IMG/VR virus record: IMGVR_UViG_3300021255_002485
Location: 67,802 to 131,801 of that record
Reading direction: 5' to 3' (one strand)
DNA: 64,000 bases
Origin: a virus
Taxonomy: Duplodnaviria; Caudoviricetes
Both the position numbers and the translations under genes were made by a program. Within the stretch, counting starts at the first letter, position 1; each line of letters begins with the position of its first letter. The notes under the pieces are model-generated. The model had not been told where the DNA came from and searched no databases. It saw only the letters and a list, made by a program, of their open reading frames with translations. This document shows, piece after piece, positions 58,237 to 64,000 of this stretch.

Positions 58237-58842
58237 ATGTCTTCTGTATATTTAACGAATGATAATACATCTCCATATGATCAATTATTCGAGGAAAATT
58301 TAGAAAATAGAATTATAGTTATAAACGACGAGATAAATGATTCTTTAATTGAGAATTGTATGTTATATATCCTCAAATGGAATCGTGAGGATATTGATAT
58401 TCCTAAAAAGAAACGTCAAAAAATAAAGTTATACATTAATTCAATTGGTGGTGACGCATTTATTGCAGGACAGTTCTGCTCTCTGATAGAAAGTTCTGAA
58501 ACACCAATTGTGGCTGTAGCTTTTGATATGGTGGCTTCGGCTGCATATCACATATATGTGGCATGTCCAGAAAGGATTGCTTTTGAAAATTCGACTTTCC
58601 TTCAACATGAAGGAGAACTTGAAATATCTAATAGTACAAGCAAATTCAAGAATACCATAGATTTCTATGACAAGATGGAAGAACGTTTTAAACAAAACGT
58701 TATGAATCATACTCTCATGTCGGATGAATATTATGATTCAGTATATACCAGCGAATTATGGATGTATGCTGATGAAGCCAAAGAACTCGGAGTGGTAGAT
58801 AAGATAATTGGCATTGATTGTAAATTAGATGAGATTTTGTAA
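58237..58842 (+). CDS. ClpP-like serine protease subunit
   Basis: LYINSIGG, VASAA (Ser), FLQH (His), A.EAKELGVVDKII. Confidence 0.88.
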   Translation: MSSVYLTNDNTSPYDQLFEENLENRIIVINDEINDSLIENCMLYILKWNREDIDIPKKKRQKIKLYINSIGGDAFIAGQFCSLIESSETPIVAVAFDMVASAAYHIYVACPERIAFENSTFLQHEGELEISNSTSKFKNTIDFYDKMEERFKQNVMNHTLMSDEYYDSVYTSELWMYADEAKELGVVDKIIGIDCKLDEIL

Positions 58843-58940
58843 TTTAATAGCGATTATTTCTTGCCTGCGTCGTGGTTTACGTCCTGTGGATCATGGCGCA
58901 GTTTCGTTATATATATGAGATATAAAAGGAGGACTATCCA

Positions 58941-60134
58941 TTGGATTTTATAGAAGAGATTCAAAAAATGGGGCTTACCGTTGATCAGTATGAAGCCTGT
59001 ATTAAAGATATACAAGATAAAGTTAACGGAGATTTAGATTTAGATTGGGAAGAAATAAGAAATAAATATAGTCTTCCTATTTCAACAGATTGTTTACGTA
59101 AGGCAAATGCTAAGCCATTTGGCGGTGCATTTATAAAGAGCTATACGGAATCTAAGAGACTTACTAATACTCCTACTCTCTTTGCTGAGCAAATGGATAA
59201 TATTCGAAAAGAAAAGCAAAAGCTTAGCGATGAAAGACTTGCTCTTCGAAAAATAAGTCGTGAAAATGCACGAGCCGAAGAGAATTTCGCAATACTTGAG
59301 CAGCTTATTAGAACTAATGGCATAAATACTTTTAAGCCACAGTCTATTAAGCTTGAAGATAACGGTAATGATATAATTGCATGTTTATCTGATCTTCATT
59401 TAGGCATGGATGTGATGACAAATTTTGGCATCTATAATTCTGATATAGCTAAGAAGAGACTTTGTGATTATATTGTTGAAATTATCAGAATTCAAAGATT
59501 ACATCATTCACAGAACATATATCTCTGTCTACTTGGAGACGAAATCTCTGGAAATATTCATCCCACGGTTCAATTGGAAAACAGAGAAAATGTAATACAA
59601 CAAGTTCAGATGGCAGCTGAAGCAATTTCGGCATTTGCATATGAACTTAGTTGTCATTTTGAAAATGTATATATTGCCGATGTACCCGGGAATCATTCGA
59701 GGATTGGATTGAAAGATTCTTGTTTAAGAGATGAGCGTTTAGACGACCTCATTACTTGGTATATGGCTGCAAAACTTGAACATTTAACTAATATCGGGTT
59801 CATAGATAGAAAATATGACGCTACAATTGGAAGCATTGTAGTTCGAGGGAATGAATTTATACTTTGTCATGGAGATTATGATGCGTACTCTGAAAATGGC
59901 TTAAATAAATTATGTATGTTTTTAGGACACAAGCCTACTGGAGTTTTATTTGGACATCTTCATCATTGTACATATGATGATATAAACGATGTAAAACTGA
60001 TACGTAGTGGCAGCTTTGTAGGTGCTTGCGGAAACTACGAAATACAAAAACGTTTATATAGCAAGCCCTCTCAGATGGTTTGTATCGTAGAGGATAAAGG
60101 CATTAAAGCTTTATACCCAGTAATGTTAAATTAG
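58941..60134 (+). CDS. calcineurin-like metallophosphoesterase (YonJ-like)
   Basis: SDLHLG, GD, GNH, HGD, GHLHH motifs. Confidence 0.88.
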   Translation: MDFIEEIQKMGLTVDQYEACIKDIQDKVNGDLDLDWEEIRNKYSLPISTDCLRKANAKPFGGAFIKSYTESKRLTNTPTLFAEQMDNIRKEKQKLSDERLALRKISRENARAEENFAILEQLIRTNGINTFKPQSIKLEDNGNDIIACLSDLHLGMDVMTNFGIYNSDIAKKRLCDYIVEIIRIQRLHHSQNIYLCLLGDEISGNIHPTVQLENRENVIQQVQMAAEAISAFAYELSCHFENVYIADVPGNHSRIGLKDSCLRDERLDDLITWYMAAKLEHLTNIGFIDRKYDATIGSIVVRGNEFILCHGDYDAYSENGLNKLCMFLGHKPTGVLFGHLHHCTYDDINDVKLIRSGSFVGACGNYEIQKRLYSKPSQMVCIVEDKGIKALYPVMLN

Positions 60135-60183
60135 AGAGACGTATTGCTACGCCTCTCTGTGACTAAAAGGAGAAAATATACCT

Positions 60184-60360
60184 TTAGGTGGTTATTCTCC
60201 GAAATCCGAATGATTTGATCATTTTGGCAATATTTTCGACTTTTTTATCTGACAATTTAGGACACTTGCAGATAACGTTGATTGTATGCCATTTAAGCAC
60301 TATGTGTGCAAGATAACAAATACATCCGCAAATCGAAGGGGCTATGAGCATAATGTACAT
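60184..60360 (-). CDS. small antisense-oriented hydrophobic peptide (58 aa), moron or type I toxin-like
   Basis: GGAAAGGAGG RBS; hydrophobic N-terminus, basic C-terminus; TTGACA at 60421-60426. Confidence 0.65.
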   Translation of the reverse strand: MYIMLIAPSICGCICYLAHIVLKWHTINVICKCPKLSDKKVENIAKMIKSFGFRRITT

Positions 60361-60526
60361 AGCTACCTCCTTTCCGAAATATTTTCTCGTGTAATTAATA
60401 TATTGTTTTGTGGACTTTTGTGTCAAATTTTGCCTATAGGGCATCAATACAGCTTATAACGAAAACTCTCTCAGTATCCGAGATGTAGGAAGTACTTATG
60501 AGTATATTTGATCGACGGATTATTGT

Positions 60527-60554
60527 AGGGATAGAGGACGCTCTATCCCTTTTT
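60527..60554 (+). terminator. terminator-like hairpin abutting tRNA-Thr
   Basis: AGGGATAGAG-GACG-CTCTATCCCT-TTTT. Confidence 0.6.
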
Positions 60555-60627
60555 GCTGTCTTGGCTCAATTGGCAGAGCAGCTGATTTGTAATCAGCAGG
60601 TTAAAAGTTCGATTCTTTTAGACAGCA
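60555..60627 (+). tRNA. tRNA-Thr (UGU)
   Basis: GCTGTCT/AGACAGC acceptor, GCTGA-TTTGTAA-TCAGC anticodon arm, TTCGATT T-loop. Confidence 0.93.
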
Positions 60628-60691
60628 TTTGCTTTAGAAACGACCGTGATAAGTAAAGGATACACGGTAAATGGGCGAGGAGCCCAGTTAT

Positions 60692-60764
60692 GCTTTCTTA
60701 GCTCAATTGGTAGAGCACACGACTGTTAATCGTGAGGTTCCAAGATCGTACCTTGGAGAAAGCG
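60692..60764 (+). tRNA. tRNA-Asn (GUU)
   Basis: GCTTTCT/AGAAAGC acceptor, CACGA-CTGTTAA-TCGTG anticodon arm, discriminator G, atypical T-loop ATCGTAC. Confidence 0.88.
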
Positions 60765-60870
60765 CGTTGTAGATGATATAGAAGACGCATGGAAGTCATG
60801 AGCCTTGTGATGTGGTTACTCGCTTGCACTCTTCTATCTCTTTTATTTTTGACGATTAAAAGGAGAAAAT

Positions 60871-61923
60871 ATGGCTAGGCTTATTCAACCAAAAAGCGAG
60901 TCAGAAATTAGAAAACTTGGTGTAGCAAATGTACGCAACGCTTATTTAGATCTGGCTCGTGATTATAACAGGATAATAGATGGCAATGTATATTATTGTC
61001 ATAAATGTAATGAATTTCATTCTACAGATGCTTTTTATAATGATAATAGATATGCCAGCGGATTATATCCCGTATGTAAAAAATGTCTAATTGCTGAAGC
61101 TTGTGATTACGACAAAACAGAAAAGGTCTATGTAGATAATCGTGAAAAAACAATTGATGTTTTTCACAAACTCGATCTTCCTTTTTTAGAGCCTTTATAT
61201 CAGAGCGCATTAAAATCCGTATCCGAAAAGATGGGTGAGAAAAACCGGAGCACCGCATATCAACATATGCTTACAATGGTTAAATCGCTAGAACAATATA
61301 AAAATCTTCGTTGGAAGGACTCTGATTTCGGTTCAGAAGATAATGATGAAACTCTGCAATTATCTAAACGTAAACCTCGCAAGGAAATAATCAAGTTATT
61401 TGGCAATGGTTTTACCAATGAAGAATATCTGTATTTACAAGATCAATATGATGATTGGTGTGCAAGAACTCAAGTCGATTCAAAATCTCAACAAACATAC
61501 GTGGTGCGCATTTGTCATAAATTATTAGACATTTGGAAAGCTGAGAAGAATGGTTTAGATACAACTAAACTCGATGACTCATTAGATAAATTAATGGCTG
61601 GAGCCAATTTACAACCCCGGCAGAATATTTCAAATGCTGCTACAGATAGTTTAACCTTTGGTCAACTGATAGAGCGTTGGGAAGAAGATAAACCAATTCC
61701 TGAAGCGTCACCAGAATTTCAAGATGTTGATGGTATAGGAAAGTACATAAGGGTTTGGTTTACAGGATGGCTTTCTAAAGCTTTAGGATTAAAAGCCAAC
61801 GTATTTACGAAAGAATATGAAGAAGAAATAGCAAAATATACGGTAAATAAGCCAGAGTATTCTGATGAAGGTTCCGCTGACGAGGTATACGAAAGATTAT
61901 TTGGTACCGAAGGCGGTGATTGA
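60871..61923 (+). CDS. YonG-like protein (probable terminase small subunit/packaging factor)
   Basis: CHKC/CKKC zinc finger, TFGQLIERWE..KPIP; directly upstream of terL. Confidence 0.7.
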   Translation: MARLIQPKSESEIRKLGVANVRNAYLDLARDYNRIIDGNVYYCHKCNEFHSTDAFYNDNRYASGLYPVCKKCLIAEACDYDKTEKVYVDNREKTIDVFHKLDLPFLEPLYQSALKSVSEKMGEKNRSTAYQHMLTMVKSLEQYKNLRWKDSDFGSEDNDETLQLSKRKPRKEIIKLFGNGFTNEEYLYLQDQYDDWCARTQVDSKSQQTYVVRICHKLLDIWKAEKNGLDTTKLDDSLDKLMAGANLQPRQNISNAATDSLTFGQLIERWEEDKPIPEASPEFQDVDGIGKYIRVWFTGWLSKALGLKANVFTKEYEEEIAKYTVNKPEYSDEGSADEVYERLFGTEGGD

Positions 61924-61924
61924 A

Positions 61925-63682
61925 ATGGCTAAGGATAAAAAACTTACTGATCAAGAAATCATTCAAGACAAAACGGATCAGATAATGAATACCATAGCCG
62001 AACGTTGCGCTTATTATCGGGCCAATCCACAAAGATTTTGTGAAGAATTCTTAAATATTAAACTAAAACTATTCCAAAAAATACTAATATGGGCAATGAT
62101 GCATTTTGATGCATTTTATTTTATAGCTGCAAGATCGCTTGGTAAAACCTATTTAGTAGCTTTGTTTGGAGTTTGTAGATGCATACTGTATCCCGGTACT
62201 AAAATTGTTGCTTGCTCCTATACTTTTAAGCAGGGTAAAGAAATCATTCTTAAGATTACTGATGATTTTATGCAACATTCTGCATTACTTCGTAATGAAA
62301 TAAGTAAAACAAGTACTGGTCAAAATGACTGTTTTGTATATTTCAAGAATGGTTCATATATTAGAGTCGTAGTTGCAGGAGAATCAAGCCGTGGAGCTAG
62401 AAGTAATATACTACTTATAGACGAAAGCAGACTTGTTCCCCAGAAAATAGTTGATACGATCCTAGCTCCCATGAATGGTACTCCTAGACAGCCCGGATAT
62501 TTAAGCAAACCGGAATACGCTCATTTACAAGAGATGAATAAAATATTCTATCTTAGTTCTGCTTTTTTCTCTGCGTCGGAAATGTTTGAAAAAGTAAAAG
62601 CATATACTGCGAATATGCTAGATCCGAGACTTAACTATTTCGTCTGCGATCTCCCTTATACTTTGAGTATCAAAGAAGGGTTATTAATGAAGCAGCAGAT
62701 TGAGAATGAAATGTCAGAGGCAACTTTTTCGGATATAACATTTATGATGGAACGCGAGGGATTGTTTTATGGTTCCGCTGAAGACGCATTATTTGATTTT
62801 AAGACATTGAACGATAGACGAATTATTGCTGATAGCTTGAGAGGGTTAGACTACTACAGAGATACTAATACAAAAGTTCCACCTAAACAAAATGATGAAT
62901 TAAGAATATTATCATTGGATATAGCATTATTGGCTTCAAAAAAACATGATAATGATGCTAGTGCTTTTATAATTCATTCTGCAATTCCAACAAGCACCAA
63001 TGATTATATAGATAATCTAGTCAATATTGATACGTGTGAAGGTTTAACAACCGAAGAACTCGGATTGGAAACTTTGCGAAGGTTCTATCAATACGATTGT
63101 GATTATATTGCAATTGATGCAAACGGAATTGGACAAGCTGTCTTAGATTATATTATGGGATCAGATAGATATGACCCTGTATACAATGAAACATATGGAG
63201 CATTAAATGTAATGAATAATCCCGATTTAGAAGACAGGTGTAAGGTTAAAAACGCTCCAAAGGTAATATATGCCATTAAAGCAAATGCCCGAAGTAATAA
63301 TGATATGTGTTTATCGTTAAGGGCGGGATTTCAAAACGGATATATCAATTTATTAATTAGCGATAGTTTAATTGAAGATAAATTATCAAAAATTAAAGGA
63401 TATTCTAAGCTTACTGAGATTCAGCAAGCTAAATTGAAACTTCCGTATATTCAGACAACATTTTTGATAGATGAATTAATTAATCTTACGCATGATACTT
63501 CAAATGGTTTGGTTAAGGTTAAAGAAAAGCCGGGTATGCGTAAGGATAGATATAGTAGTTGTGAATACGGCTGGGCATTAATTCAGGAATTATCTAAGGA
63601 CTTAAAACCCAAACAGTCAACTTCAGATCTTTTATCAAAACTTACATCTCAAATTCGTCCAAGTACAATGTTAAAAAAATGA
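61925..63682 (+). CDS. terminase large subunit (YonF-like)
   Basis: AARSLGKT Walker A, LLIDE Walker B, LSSA, LSLDIA, IDANGIG, RKDRYS nuclease motifs. Confidence 0.92.
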   Translation: MAKDKKLTDQEIIQDKTDQIMNTIAERCAYYRANPQRFCEEFLNIKLKLFQKILIWAMMHFDAFYFIAARSLGKTYLVALFGVCRCILYPGTKIVACSYTFKQGKEIILKITDDFMQHSALLRNEISKTSTGQNDCFVYFKNGSYIRVVVAGESSRGARSNILLIDESRLVPQKIVDTILAPMNGTPRQPGYLSKPEYAHLQEMNKIFYLSSAFFSASEMFEKVKAYTANMLDPRLNYFVCDLPYTLSIKEGLLMKQQIENEMSEATFSDITFMMEREGLFYGSAEDALFDFKTLNDRRIIADSLRGLDYYRDTNTKVPPKQNDELRILSLDIALLASKKHDNDASAFIIHSAIPTSTNDYIDNLVNIDTCEGLTTEELGLETLRRFYQYDCDYIAIDANGIGQAVLDYIMGSDRYDPVYNETYGALNVMNNPDLEDRCKVKNAPKVIYAIKANARSNNDMCLSLRAGFQNGYINLLISDSLIEDKLSKIKGYSKLTEIQQAKLKLPYIQTTFLIDELINLTHDTSNGLVKVKEKPGMRKDRYSSCEYGWALIQELSKDLKPKQSTSDLLSKLTSQIRPSTMLKK

Positions 63683-63689
63683 TATGAGT

Positions 63690-63990
63690 ATATTTGACCT
63701 CCGTGGGTAACGGGGTCATTAATATGTAGAATATCACCCAATAGTAAGTAATTCCCCGCTTTGAGCATGGAGCGATAACATCATGCGAGTTGGCTCCGCT
63801 AACCAACCCTTTCGTAATAACCGAACCAGCGTAATTGCGGGATAATACAGGGGCGCAAAGGTCGTTGCGCTATATAAATGAGCAGGATAAACCAAGTAGT
63901 CATTTAGCTGTGGTGGCAAAGTGTGAGGCGAAAGCCAAGGATACGTGGGCGGGTGTATAGTACCGTAACCAATACTATACAATTTTATTT
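63690..63990 (+). ncRNA. candidate ~290-nt structured RNA after terL
   Basis: GC-rich non-coding block with nested stems, a GGC-GAAA-GCC hairpin and a terminal hairpin plus T-run. Confidence 0.55.
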
Positions 63991-64000
63991 TTTTTTTTTT

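Noticed and set aside
63849-63871. tmRNA 5' end (GGGGCG...)
   Set aside because: Lacks GGATTCGAC, a T-arm/CCA end and a tag reading frame; it folds as a local hairpin
63983-64000. Terminal poly-T run
   Set aside because: At the window edge; may be a terminator tail or an assembly artefact, so not interpretable
1-64000. Stop-codon reassignment
   Set aside because: Core genes are intact in the standard code and no suppressor tRNA is present

Overview
This is 64 kb of a large, AT-rich, SPbeta-like temperate phage, probably of a Firmicutes (Clostridia/Lachnospiraceae-type) host; the host assignment is inference. From 1 to about 51.8 kb almost everything is on the minus strand. That part holds the N-terminus of a DnaE-type polymerase, many small accessory genes, three tRNAs, a Dam-type methylase, an RNA ligase and a SleB-like hydrolase. 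It also holds a replication block (nuclease, primase, cysteine desulfurase, DnaB-like helicase, AAA ATPase, SSB-like protein), a SroD/E/F (YopP/Q/R)-like lysogeny triad, a long early region and about 1 kb of non-coding, structured sequence resembling a ROOL-type RNA. After a strand switch at about 52 kb (palindromes plus an AT-rich tract) the plus strand carries an AntA-like protein, a YonO-like single-subunit RNA polymerase, a ClpP-like protease, a metallophosphoesterase, two tRNAs, terminase genes and a further structured RNA. The most striking unexplained signals are: (1) about 22 copies of an 18-bp palindrome AT(A/G/C)AAA-N6-TTT(T/C)AT at gene junctions of the accessory arrays, suggesting recombinase-mobilised single-gene cassettes; (2) a rich non-coding RNA complement (ROOL-like RNA with three tandem covarying pseudoknots and tRNA-like brackets, and stem-closed anti-Shine-Dalgarno RNAs); (3) a LexA-boxed orphan gene next to the repressor and a shared operator-like motif in sigma-A promoters. 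All family assignments come from motif recognition by eye; no database search was run.
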